64,000 nucleotides of DNA from a virus. Shown here one piece after another: positions 54,448 through 63,107 of this stretch. The DNA lies in the IMG/VR virus record IMGVR_UViG_3300020045_003852, positions 16,015-80,014 of that record. One strand, written 5' to 3'. The position numbers and the translations under genes are program-made. Below the pieces are notes generated by a model. That model was given only the letters and a program-made list of their open reading frames with translations, ran no database searches and had not been told where the DNA came from. How positions within the stretch are numbered: position 1 is the stretch's first letter; each line of letters begins with the position of its first letter.

Positions 54448-54628
54448 AGCCATTGTTGTAATCGCCCTACTCGTAATCCTTCCCTATTTGTTTCAGAAAT
54501 GGATTACGTCAGCTTATTATAATCAAGATAAACTGTTCTTTGGGGATCAATATGAACAGGATACGTCTATTAATGTCGGTAGTGAAGAGGATGCTAAGGA
54601 ATATGTTGCTAATGGAGAACAGAAATGA
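54440..54628 (+). CDS. small membrane protein
   Basis: AAGGAG SD; N-terminal TM segment. Confidence 0.55.
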   Translation: MIEAIVVIALLVILPYLFQKWITSAYYNQDKLFFGDQYEQDTSINVGSEEDAKEYVANGEQK

Positions 54629-54782
54629 ACAAAGATAATTATTTGTGGGTTATTGAAGAATATTATGATGGAGAATGGCATCCAACAACGATGGTAGCAT
54701 GGGCTAGAAATTCTGCAAGAGAACTCAAGGGGCGTTGCGGGGATTATTGCTATCGTATTCGTAAATACATTCGAGAATCTTA

Positions 54783-55139
54783 ATGCTTTCCAAGCATAGA
54801 AGTATTTCACGTACATTGGAAGCCTTCTGCTATGATAAATCAGGCAGGCTACTATCTCATGCTGAGAATTCTTATTGCAAAACACATCCTATCCAGGCAC
54901 ATTTCGCAAAGTTAGTAGGACTGGATGCAAAGCAATATCTGCACGCTGAAATCCATGCTATGCTGAAGGCGAAGGATAAGAAGGTACATTCTGTGCATGT
55001 GTTTCGACGTAACAAAGCTGGAAGATTGTTGATGGCAAAGCCTTGCCCAATCTGCTTCGCAGCAATGAAAGCCTACGGAGTTGAAAAAGTTTTCTACTCT
55101 AACAATGTTGGTGAGATTGTTCAAATGAATATAGATTAG
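54783..55139 (+). CDS. zinc-dependent cytidine/dCMP deaminase-like protein
   Basis: HAE and PCPIC motifs. Confidence 0.82.
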   Translation: MLSKHRSISRTLEAFCYDKSGRLLSHAENSYCKTHPIQAHFAKLVGLDAKQYLHAEIHAMLKAKDKKVHSVHVFRRNKAGRLLMAKPCPICFAAMKAYGVEKVFYSNNVGEIVQMNID

Positions 55140-55274
55140 AATGCCTAGCAATGTCATTTAAACGCATGAGAAGTGGCCTTCCTTGAGTTATTAGGGTGTT
55201 GGGCATAGGATGGTAGCCCTGCGGGCAAACAAATCGCTCTGTGAGCGTTTATACACGTTTTAAAGGAGAAATAT

Positions 55275-55457
55275 ATGAAAGCTAAAATATACACAGCCTA
55301 CATCTTCTGGCTTATTGCAACTCCTGTTGTATTCCTATTCGATGTAATAGGCCAGCAGAAGCAAGTATTAACAATTGCATGGAAGAATATTAAGAGGGAT
55401 GTACAATCGAATAATCGTTATTTCAAGATTAATATGAAAATGCTTGACTTCAAGTGA
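55275..55457 (+). CDS. small membrane protein
   Basis: AAGGAG SD; TM segment. Confidence 0.55.
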   Translation: MKAKIYTAYIFWLIATPVVFLFDVIGQQKQVLTIAWKNIKRDVQSNNRYFKINMKMLDFK

Positions 55458-55472
55458 AATTGGTTGTATAAT
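55444..55472 (+). promoter_or_regulatory. sigma70 promoter
   Basis: TTGACT-17-TATAAT. Confidence 0.8.
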
Positions 55473-55509
55473 GTAGTTTTCACTGGTAAGAATAACAAAG
55501 GAGAAATAA

Positions 55510-56079
55510 ATGGGCTGTGATATTCATTTGTACAAAGAGAAGAAGGTAGGCGGGAAGTGGGTTGCTGCTGACAAATGGGAAAAGGATAGTGAGGGCTATG
55601 TGGAAGTTCCTTGGAAGGAACGTTTTACTACCCGTAATTACCAGTTATTTGGTATGCTGTCAAAGGGTGTACGCGAAGATAATGATTACGCATTTGAACC
55701 ACGTGGGCTTCCGTTTAATCTGTCAGAAGAAGTGCTAAAAGCAGCGCAATTATGGGATGGGGACGGGCATAACCATAGCTACTTATATCTGCACGAGTTG
55801 GAGGACATGCAGGTGCATCTTGAAAACACAACTGTCACTGTAAAGGGAATGAAAAGCAAGGATGAGTTGAAGTCTTTGTATACATCTATTGAGAGCGGCA
55901 ATACTGACTGGACTTTACTTTTCCCATACTGCCGCTACACTAACGATAAATCACAAGAGGAATTCGAGGTTGAAGTTCCAGCGGCTTTTTATGTTGGTGA
56001 AAGCCTTAAAGAAATTATCAACGGATTTAGTAATGTAGACGGTGAAAATCACCGAATTGTATTTTGGTTTGATAATTAA
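55510..56079 (+). CDS. phage hypothetical protein (MGCDIH...RIVFWFDN type)
   Basis: MGCDIH, RNYQLFG, PRGLP, HNHSY, FWFDN motifs. Confidence 0.8.
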   Translation: MGCDIHLYKEKKVGGKWVAADKWEKDSEGYVEVPWKERFTTRNYQLFGMLSKGVREDNDYAFEPRGLPFNLSEEVLKAAQLWDGDGHNHSYLYLHELEDMQVHLENTTVTVKGMKSKDELKSLYTSIESGNTDWTLLFPYCRYTNDKSQEEFEVEVPAAFYVGESLKEIINGFSNVDGENHRIVFWFDN

Positions 56080-56094
56080 AAGGAGAAATAATAA

Positions 56095-56409
56095 ATGTCT
56101 GAGCAACAAAATATTATTCAAATGAAGCAAGTTGTAGCAACAGGTTTTGTCCAATATACGCAGGAAATTGTAGAACTTGCAAAGCAAGGGTATGTCTTGG
56201 ATGTTTCCATCAAACATTGCCCACAATGGCAATTGGGATTGTTTATGGCTACGATGCTACTGCTAGAAGATGCTCCTTCGGAGCCTGTTGCAGATGAGAA
56301 TGTAGAACCAAAAATCAAACGTACTTACGCAAAATCTGAACAGAAGAAAGAAGGCTTGCGCAGCAAGCTCCCTGCTGAAGCATTACAAACGATTACGAAA
56401 GGAAACTAA
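56095..56409 (+). CDS. hypothetical protein
   Basis: AAGGAG SD. Confidence 0.7.
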   Translation: MSEQQNIIQMKQVVATGFVQYTQEIVELAKQGYVLDVSIKHCPQWQLGLFMATMLLLEDAPSEPVADENVEPKIKRTYAKSEQKKEGLRSKLPAEALQTITKGN

Positions 56410-56411
56410 AT

Positions 56412-56708
56412 ATGTTGGCACTAATTACTCTACTTCTACTTCTAATTTCACCAATTATTATCCTTGCAAACGGATTTGTATTCCAACACTTGTGGAATTG
56501 GTTTATTGTGCCCTTTGTAGGGCTCCCGAGTTTTACACTCCTTGCAGCAATTGGTGTATCAATGACTATTTCATTTGTTACTCACCAGTTTATTTCTAGC
56601 AATAATGGTAAGGAAGCATCTGAAGTTTTCTCAGAGGCAATTGCTTACATTATTACTAAGCCACTGATGGCACTACTCGTTGGCTGGATCATTACGTTGT
56701 TCATGTAA
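56412..56708 (+). CDS. membrane protein (3 TM)
   Basis: Hydrophobic; LWNWFIVP motif. Confidence 0.7.
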   Translation: MLALITLLLLLISPIIILANGFVFQHLWNWFIVPFVGLPSFTLLAAIGVSMTISFVTHQFISSNNGKEASEVFSEAIAYIITKPLMALLVGWIITLFM

Positions 56709-56856
56709 CTAAGGAGGCAGTATGAACTGGTTAAAGTGGTTATCTTGTTGGTTCAATAAGCGTCATGTGTTTAGCTACATGCAGTACCCTGACGGTACAA
56801 GCACACGTTGTTGTGTTCGTTGCGGATACAAATTGGAAGATTAATTCTGTGGAGGA

Positions 56857-57702
56857 TTGCTGATGGCTTATAATGAGGAATATGGTGAAGATGTTGTAAT
56901 TGGTGGCAAGCCACGGCGCAGCAAGCGCAAGACTAGGGCTGTTAAAGTTGCACAAGAGTTGCCTGTTGTTATTAAGGAGAAATTTATCGAAGATATTATC
57001 CCTAAGCCTTCAGTTGGGTTGAAGATTGAGCCTCGGGGAGCCAATCAGAATCGGATGTTATCTGCTCTACATGCCGGAAAGCAAATTGTATTCGGAATTG
57101 GAGTCGCCGGAAGCGGCAAGAGTCTTCTTGCAGCGTATTATGCAGCAGAACTCCTTCGTGCAAAGCGTATTAGCAAGATTTTTCTAGTAAGGCCAAATGT
57201 CCACGCAGGGAAGTCTGTGGGAATGCTTAAAGGTTCACTCTCAGAAAAGCTCATGCCCTTTTTTCTTCAAACTGTTGCACACCTTGAGAAATTTCTAGGC
57301 AAAGGTTACACAAATTACTGTCTTGAGAAAGAAGTAATTGAAATGTGCGCTGTAGAATACTGCCGGGGAACCTCCTTCGAGGATTGTTTCATTATTTGCG
57401 AAGAGGCTCAAGGCTTTACAGTTGATGACTTTGAAATGATGCTTACACGCATTGGACAGAATGCTCAAATGTGTTTCACAGGCGATGAACGTCAAGTTGA
57501 TCTAAAGGAAACTACAGGCTTGTCGAAGACAATTGAAATGTTTGAGCGTGTAAAGCAGGATCGTCCAGAATATCTTGATACAGATGATATGAATGAGTTT
57601 CTTGCCAACTTGTCTATTACACGATTCACATTTGAAGATGTCCAGCGTAGTCCTATGGTGAAGGCGTTGACAAAGTTGTATTACTATAAGGAACGTCAAT
57701 GA
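56857..57702 (+). CDS. phoH: PhoH-like ATPase
   Basis: GVAGSGKS, LVRP, G.LKG.L.EKL.PF, RGTSF, EEAQ, TRIG, GD..Q.DL, DVQRS. Confidence 0.92.
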   Translation: MLMAYNEEYGEDVVIGGKPRRSKRKTRAVKVAQELPVVIKEKFIEDIIPKPSVGLKIEPRGANQNRMLSALHAGKQIVFGIGVAGSGKSLLAAYYAAELLRAKRISKIFLVRPNVHAGKSVGMLKGSLSEKLMPFFLQTVAHLEKFLGKGYTNYCLEKEVIEMCAVEYCRGTSFEDCFIICEEAQGFTVDDFEMMLTRIGQNAQMCFTGDERQVDLKETTGLSKTIEMFERVKQDRPEYLDTDDMNEFLANLSITRFTFEDVQRSPMVKALTKLYYYKERQ

Positions 57703-57998
57703 AAACATACACTGTAATAAAACCAGATGATGAGCGCATTGGCAATAAACTCAGGATTGCAACGACTGACATTATTTATCTTCTCTCAGAAATCAGCACA
57801 GATGCAGATGCAATTATTCTGCCTTCAGACATTTACAAAGATTTGTTGTGGCATCCGAATTTTAAGACATACTACGCAATACAGTGCTACGTGTGCCCAT
57901 TTAGCAATTGCTTCTTCTTCCTTGGAAAGTGGTGGGCATGCGAGGATGCTGTAAGCCCTTTGTTGGTTGCAATGAATCTTCTAAAGGAGAAGCGATGA
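57699..57998 (+). CDS. hypothetical protein
   Basis: Coupled ORF. Confidence 0.6.
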   Translation: MKTYTVIKPDDERIGNKLRIATTDIIYLLSEISTDADAIILPSDIYKDLLWHPNFKTYYAIQCYVCPFSNCFFFLGKWWACEDAVSPLLVAMNLLKEKR

Positions 57999-58216
57999 AG
58001 CTACGAATTGAACGAAGCATAGGCGAAACCTTCATGTGTTACGACATTGAAGGAGATGTTAATGATGTGTTGCAAGTGGCAGAGTATGTTATTGCTGATA
58101 AAGAAGATAACGTAACTATTAACAATAGTTGTGAATGTAATATGGAGTCTGTAAAAGATCATTACAGAAAGTGGATCGCAGAAGAAATGCGTCCGGGCGG
58201 ACTACTTGCACAATAA
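57995..58216 (+). CDS. small protein ending in the tape-measure-like motif RPGGLLA
   Basis: AAGGAG SD before ATG 57995; ATGA overlap. Confidence 0.7.
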   Translation: MKLRIERSIGETFMCYDIEGDVNDVLQVAEYVIADKEDNVTINNSCECNMESVKDHYRKWIAEEMRPGGLLAQ

Positions 58217-58907
58217 GGAGAATACATTGATTAAACATAAGCGTAGCCCCCAGATGGGGAATCCTGTTGACTATAACACCTCCCCATTCACTTGTTATGT
58301 ACGGAGCAAGGAGTCCTATGAATTTGTAATCCCTGTTATTGGTGACATTGAATATAATCATGACTTCCTCGAAGCTGTTGGTCTAATTGAGCAAGCAGAA
58401 GAAAAGGATACTATTATTCTCAAGGTAAATAGTCGCGGAGGAAGTCTTTCTGCTGTCGATTATCTTCTTCAAGCACTCTCCTTTACGGAAGCACATGTTC
58501 ATGCAGATGTCTCTGGTGATCTAATGAGTGCAGCAACTCTCATTATGGAGATGACGGACAGTTTTAGCATTAGTGATAACACAAGCGTATTAATTCATAA
58601 TTCCGTCTATGGGGAATTTGGAAAGGCTAAAGATGTAGTTGACGCTGTTATGTTCCATGATAGGATGAACAAAGCACTCCTTGATCGTTATTACAAACAT
58701 ATGTTTTCCGATGAAGAAATGACACAACTATACGAGGGGCGACAATTCTTCATGGACAACACTCAATATCTTGAGCGTTTTGAGAAACGTAGGAAAATTC
58801 TTAACGAAGAACAAGGAGAGAACGATGAAGAGGGTAATCCTGAAACTCCTAGCTGTTCTTGTGGGATGGGTTGTAGCAAGACTAATCATCCTGTACCTGA
58901 GAACTAG
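58206..58907 (+). CDS. ClpP-like protease
   Basis: VNSRGGS, MSAAT (Ser), LIHNS (His); the true start is probably slightly downstream. Confidence 0.82.
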   Translation: MHNKENTLIKHKRSPQMGNPVDYNTSPFTCYVRSKESYEFVIPVIGDIEYNHDFLEAVGLIEQAEEKDTIILKVNSRGGSLSAVDYLLQALSFTEAHVHADVSGDLMSAATLIMEMTDSFSISDNTSVLIHNSVYGEFGKAKDVVDAVMFHDRMNKALLDRYYKHMFSDEEMTQLYEGRQFFMDNTQYLERFEKRRKILNEEQGENDEEGNPETPSCSCGMGCSKTNHPVPEN

Positions 58908-59022
58908 TCAACTCCGATACATGTGTGGATATTATATCCTTCGTATTCCTACATTTGGAGTATGGCAACTCACTAGAGTTAAACTGTGGATTGCTGACTT
59001 GATTGCTGACGATACGTAACGC

Positions 59023-59055
59023 ATAGCCCCTTCGTTAGAAGGGGCTATTTCTTTT
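59023..59055 (+). terminator. intrinsic terminator
   Basis: ATAGCCCCTTC-GTTA-GAAGGGGCTAT followed by TTCTTTT. Confidence 0.88.
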
Positions 59056-59132
59056 GTGGCTACATACTAATCTCCTACTAATTTGTATATGGATTAGTAG
59101 GAACTTAGTAGTTTCTACTTAACATATTTTTC

Positions 59133-59161
59133 TTGACAAGAGTGGCATTGTGTGAAATAAT
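59133..59161 (+). promoter_or_regulatory. sigma70-like promoter
   Basis: TTGACA-17-AATAAT. Confidence 0.65.
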
Positions 59162-59191
59162 GTGTTCTGTTTAATTCTGAAGGAGAACAGC

Positions 59192-59410
59192 ATGAAAGAA
59201 TTTATTGCAATCGCATCTCTTGCAGCGATTTGGCTGGTTATAATTATTTCAAATTGTATCAAGGCTGGCGAGTTGAATGAAATTCAACAATTTATTCCGA
59301 AACTATCGGCGTATTCTCTGCAACAAATGAAGCAAGATTGCGAAAATGATTTGCCTCGTAGCCAACAGTGTGTTATTGTTGTGTCTGCTCAAGTTGTTAA
59401 GGAGAAATAA
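59192..59410 (+). CDS. small membrane-anchored protein
   Basis: AAGGAG SD; N-terminal TM; CENDLPRSQQC. Confidence 0.7.
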   Translation: MKEFIAIASLAAIWLVIIISNCIKAGELNEIQQFIPKLSAYSLQQMKQDCENDLPRSQQCVIVVSAQVVKEK

Positions 59411-59411
59411 A

Positions 59412-61370
59412 TTGAAGCCAATGTTAGCTGAAGACGCTATTGAAGAAAAGATTAAGTTTCCTGTCATTGCCCAAGTAAAAGTTGATGGTTGCTTTAGTTA
59501 TGGAACTTTGATCCAAACTAGCGCAGGATTGAAAAAGATTGGCGATATTGTTAAGAACAAACTAAATGTGAAGGTACTCAGCTACAATGACGCTACGCAA
59601 CAACTAGAGTATAAGAAAGTTATCAACTGGTTTGATAATGGAAAGAAGACTGGACACGGTTTTTGCACAGTTGGTATGGTTACTAACGATCATAAATTCT
59701 TCTCAACAGAGAAGGGCTGGCAACCATTGAATGAACAAGAAACTATTAGCAAGATTGATAATGAGTATCTAAACTCTGTGCTCGTTGGCATGCTACTTGG
59801 CGACGAGTCTTTAACTATTGAAAAACGTGAGGGTGGGAAAGGTGCTACTAGGATTGTGTGGAGGGTTTCAAAGGCAGACGAAGCGTGGGGAGACTACAAG
59901 CAGAAAATGCTGAACAACATTGTTAGCTCAAGCAAGAAGGCCGTTAAGTCAGGGTACGGCAGTGACGTTTTTGCTTATTGCACCAAGATGCTACAAGGCA
60001 TTCCAACCATTGCACAAAACTTTTATGACATGGACGAGTCCTCCGATCGTTATGGAAAACGTAAGATGGATCTGCTACGCGAAGATTTTGCGCCCTACTT
60101 TACAGACTTATCGCTGGCAATATGGTATATGGACGACGGAACGCTCAGAGAAAACAACGGTAATCCTCTAACACCTAGGATTAGTTTCTCCGTTCCCCGT
60201 TATTCTGAGGACACACACGAAGTATTCAGAAAGATGTTTTTGAGTAAATACGGTTTTGCACCAACATTCCACAAATACGGAAAAGATGTGTCAATGATTT
60301 TTACTTCAGCCGAATCTACCTACCTATTATGGAGAATGTCACAGGTTGCTGGAGGTATCATTAGTCGAAAGATTCCAGTCAGTATGCGTAATAACATTCT
60401 TCCAAAAGTTGTTGACAAACTTCAGTTAATTGATGTGCAGAACACCTTTGGGGAAGGGAAGGTTTGTGAGTTTATTGGGTATGATATAGAGGTTGAAGAT
60501 AACCACAATTACTTTGCAAACGGATACCTTGTACATAACTGTCGTCTATTGCATATCACCGGCAAAGCCACAGGGCGTAGCCTTAAGCAATACAAGAATA
60601 AATATACGTCCAATCTATTCTCTGCTGAGAAGTATGCTTGGCTAGATGGCGAAGCCTATGCAGGAACAAACATGTATGCTCAAGATCTGTGTCGTAAGAC
60701 AACTTCAGCGTTGAATCGTATCCAGGGAGAGCCAACTGTTTCTTGGATGGTGTTTGATTATCTACACCCGTATGTTGAGAATGATATTTATCTCGTTAGA
60801 CTAAAGTTCCTAGAGGATAATATTCGCCTGTTGAAACTTAATAAAGAAATTGATGATCGAATTTCTGTTGTTCCGTGGGAGATTGTATACGACCTTGAAA
60901 GCCTACTTCGATTTGAAGAGAAACAACTTGCGCTAGGTGCAGAGGGAATCATCCTGCGTGATCCTAATGGAATGTATAAGAATGGCCGCTCTACAGTCAA
61001 AGAAGGTGGTCTACTGCGTATTAAACGATTCACTTCTGAAGAAGCCATCTGTATTGGCATCAAAGAGGGCAACAAAAATACAAATATTGCCAAGGTAAAT
61101 GAACTTGGGAAGACAGAGCGTAGCTCCCATAAAGAGAACATGGTTCCTAATGGAGAGGTTGGAACAATCATTGCAAAGAGTTTGAACAAAGATTTGACAT
61201 TCGATTGTTCTCCGGGTAATATGACTCAAGAAGAGTGTAAGTATTACTTTGAGAATCAAGATGAACTGATTGGTAAGGTGTTTACCTTCAAGCATTTTGC
61301 TCACGGAGCAAAGAATACATTTCGCTTTCCATCATTTGTTTCAATTAGATTGGAGGAAGATATTTCATGA
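59412..61370 (+). CDS. ATP-dependent DNA ligase, intein-containing
   Basis: KPMLA, KVDG|C, LDGE, FDY, EGIILR, RIKRF, RFP; TTG start after AAGGAG. Confidence 0.92.
   Translation: MKPMLAEDAIEEKIKFPVIAQVKVDGCFSYGTLIQTSAGLKKIGDIVKNKLNVKVLSYNDATQQLEYKKVINWFDNGKKTGHGFCTVGMVTNDHKFFSTEKGWQPLNEQETISKIDNEYLNSVLVGMLLGDESLTIEKREGGKGATRIVWRVSKADEAWGDYKQKMLNNIVSSSKKAVKSGYGSDVFAYCTKMLQGIPTIAQNFYDMDESSDRYGKRKMDLLREDFAPYFTDLSLAIWYMDDGTLRENNGNPLTPRISFSVPRYSEDTHEVFRKMFLSKYGFAPTFHKYGKDVSMIFTSAESTYLLWRMSQVAGGIISRKIPVSMRNNILPKVVDKLQLIDVQNTFGEGKVCEFIGYDIEVEDNHNYFANGYLVHNCRLLHITGKATGRSLKQYKNKYTSNLFSAEKYAWLDGEAYAGTNMYAQDLCRKTTSALNRIQGEPTVSWMVFDYLHPYVENDIYLVRLKFLEDNIRLLKLNKEIDDRISVVPWEIVYDLESLLRFEEKQLALGAEGIILRDPNGMYKNGRSTVKEGGLLRIKRFTSEEAICIGIKEGNKNTNIAKVNELGKTERSSHKENMVPNGEVGTIIAKSLNKDLTFDCSPGNMTQEECKYYFENQDELIGKVFTFKHFAHGAKNTFRFPSFVSIRLEEDIS
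59490..60539 (+). mobile_element. intein (350 aa) with LAGLIDADG homing endonuclease
   Basis: CFSYGT...T.DH...YDIEVEDNHNYFANGYLVHN|C; GMLLGDES and LAIWYMDDG. Confidence 0.93.
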
Positions 61371-61789
61371 ATGAACAACTAGTTGTAGGCCCAACACATT
61401 ATCGGCTTCGTGATGTACGTGAGCAAGAAGGAATTGTTGTACGTCTGGATAAGTATTATCCAATTAAGCGTACTCCTAAAGGGTATTGGCTACGTGGAGA
61501 TTATGTTCCAACGTGGATGACATTTGCAGAACTGCGTAAGCAGAAATATTTACGCTTTGTTGTTGACACATCTAGCAAGAAATATTGCTATCCAACAATT
61601 GAAGAAGCTGTAAAGAGTTTTATTCGACGCAAGGAAGTGCAGCAAAGTAAACTTGCTTACCAACTTGAGCAAGCAGATTGCTGTGTAAAGAATGTTGACA
61701 AGTTGAAGGATGTTAGTGTAGAATCATTTCAGCAAGGACTGTTGCTTGGAGAAACACCAAGTCATTATCAGTTTGACTTTGATTACTAG
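61367..61789 (+). CDS. hypothetical protein
   Basis: GGAGG SD; KRTPKGYW and A..SFIRRK motifs. Confidence 0.75.
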   Translation: MNEQLVVGPTHYRLRDVREQEGIVVRLDKYYPIKRTPKGYWLRGDYVPTWMTFAELRKQKYLRFVVDTSSKKYCYPTIEEAVKSFIRRKEVQQSKLAYQLEQADCCVKNVDKLKDVSVESFQQGLLLGETPSHYQFDFDY

Positions 61790-61797
61790 GAGAGAAC

Positions 61798-62151
61798 ATG
61801 GAACGAAAGATGGCAAGCATTCAGCAAATCATTGACATTAAGCCAATCGAAGGTGCTGATGCGATTGAGGCTGTAAAAGTGAATGGATGGTGGGTTGTTG
61901 CAAAGAAGGAGCAATTCAAGAATAATGAATTGGTGGTATTCTGTGAGATTGACTCGTGGATACCAACAAGTGTTGCACCATTCCTCACCAAGCCGGGAAA
62001 GTTCCCAAAGGAGTATAGCGGTGTGCAAGGAGAACGTCTTAAAACGATCAGGTTGAAAGGACAGATTTCTCAAGGATTAGTGTTAAAATTAGAGGATTTA
62101 TTTGAGGTGGAGGAGTTTGCCGGTGTTTTGTATATACGCGATAGAAAATAA
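61798..62151 (+). CDS. RNA ligase (DRB0094-type), N-terminal domain only
   Basis: RKMASI..I..I.PIEGADAIE...V.GW.VV, EIDS, RLKTIRLKGQISQGL; no KxDG domain follows. Confidence 0.8.
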   Translation: MERKMASIQQIIDIKPIEGADAIEAVKVNGWWVVAKKEQFKNNELVVFCEIDSWIPTSVAPFLTKPGKFPKEYSGVQGERLKTIRLKGQISQGLVLKLEDLFEVEEFAGVLYIRDRK

Positions 62152-62300
62152 AATTAATAACAAACTATACATAGGTCAAACTTCAAAGACAGCAATGGGA
62201 AGGTGGGAGACACACAAAAAGAATGCTAGAATGAAAATAAATAGGAAATTGTATGATGCTATAAACAAGTACGGAGAAAGTAATTTTATTCTGCACGAAG
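62123..62300 (+). pseudogene. GIY-YIG endonuclease, N-terminal fragment
   Basis: CIYAIENKINNKLYIGQT...RW..H...AINKYG..NF, then similarity breaks off. Confidence 0.75.
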
Positions 62301-62496
62301 TGATGCTAGTTGGAATTGTAATTACATTGAGAAGAATGGGCAGTATCGTAAACTGTCTTGTGTTGAATATGAACGTCTACAAACATTGCCGGATAACTAC
62401 ACAAGATCTATACTTCCTCGTGAGAGGTATAAGTCAATTGGTAATGGTTGGACAGTAGATGTAATTGCACATATCTTAAAAGGAATTATGGAGTAA
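62300..62496 (+). pseudogene. C5-cytosine DNA methyltransferase, C-terminal fragment
   Basis: Another frame reads YRKLSCVEYERLQTLPDNYT...RYKSIGNGWTVDVIAHILKG* (motifs IX-X); no start codon. Confidence 0.8.
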
Positions 62497-62501
62497 TAAA
62501 C

Positions 62502-62530
62502 ATAGCCCTCTTGCGAGGGCTATTTCTTTT
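62502..62530 (+). terminator. intrinsic terminator
   Basis: ATAGCCCTC-TTGC-GAGGGCTAT followed by TTCTTTT. Confidence 0.88.
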
Positions 62531-62544
62531 GTCCGTAATTTGTA

Positions 62545-63021
62545 TATGTCCTTCGGACAATTGTTATCCAAGCATTACATGCACGTTGACAGAATAGCGC
62601 TTCGCGCTGACGTATAGCTGCATAGCAGCCAGCCTAATGAGCGCTACGCGCCATGTAATCAGCTTCTCCACTAGACAGCCTTCGGCTATGAAGACAACTA
62701 AATATATAACCTAGCACCCACCTCTGTCTTTGACTTTCTTGTCGTAAGACATGTTTGTGCATAAGGCCGCTTGCGGCTATTAGACAGTGCTTTAGCACAA
62801 CTGGCCCCATAGGGGCTATATGCTGGCACTGTAAGCGCTTATACGTCTTTCCATATACAATCCATTATGTGTGATATTACAAGCCCGTATCGGGCCATAG
62901 TGTTTGTTGTAGCAATGTTCATATTTTATTAAAAAATATTTTTAGGGATGGCCGCGTTAGCGGCTTTAGGATACTGCCGTGGGCAGAATATCGGCAGAGC
63001 CGATCCTTCCCTCCGGGAAGG
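62545..63021. repeat. non-coding array of short GC-rich inverted repeats, region 2
   Basis: About 14 palindromes, mostly 5-bp arms with 3-nt loops. Confidence 0.75.
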
Positions 63022-63046
63022 TATCAAGTAACTTTACAATCTCTTG

Positions 63047-63075
63047 TTGACTTTAGTGGCTTTGTATTGTATAAT
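63047..63075 (+). promoter_or_regulatory. sigma70 promoter
   Basis: TTGACT-17-TATAAT. Confidence 0.8.
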
Positions 63076-63107
63076 TAAACGTTACTAATAAAAAGAGGCT
63101 TAATATA

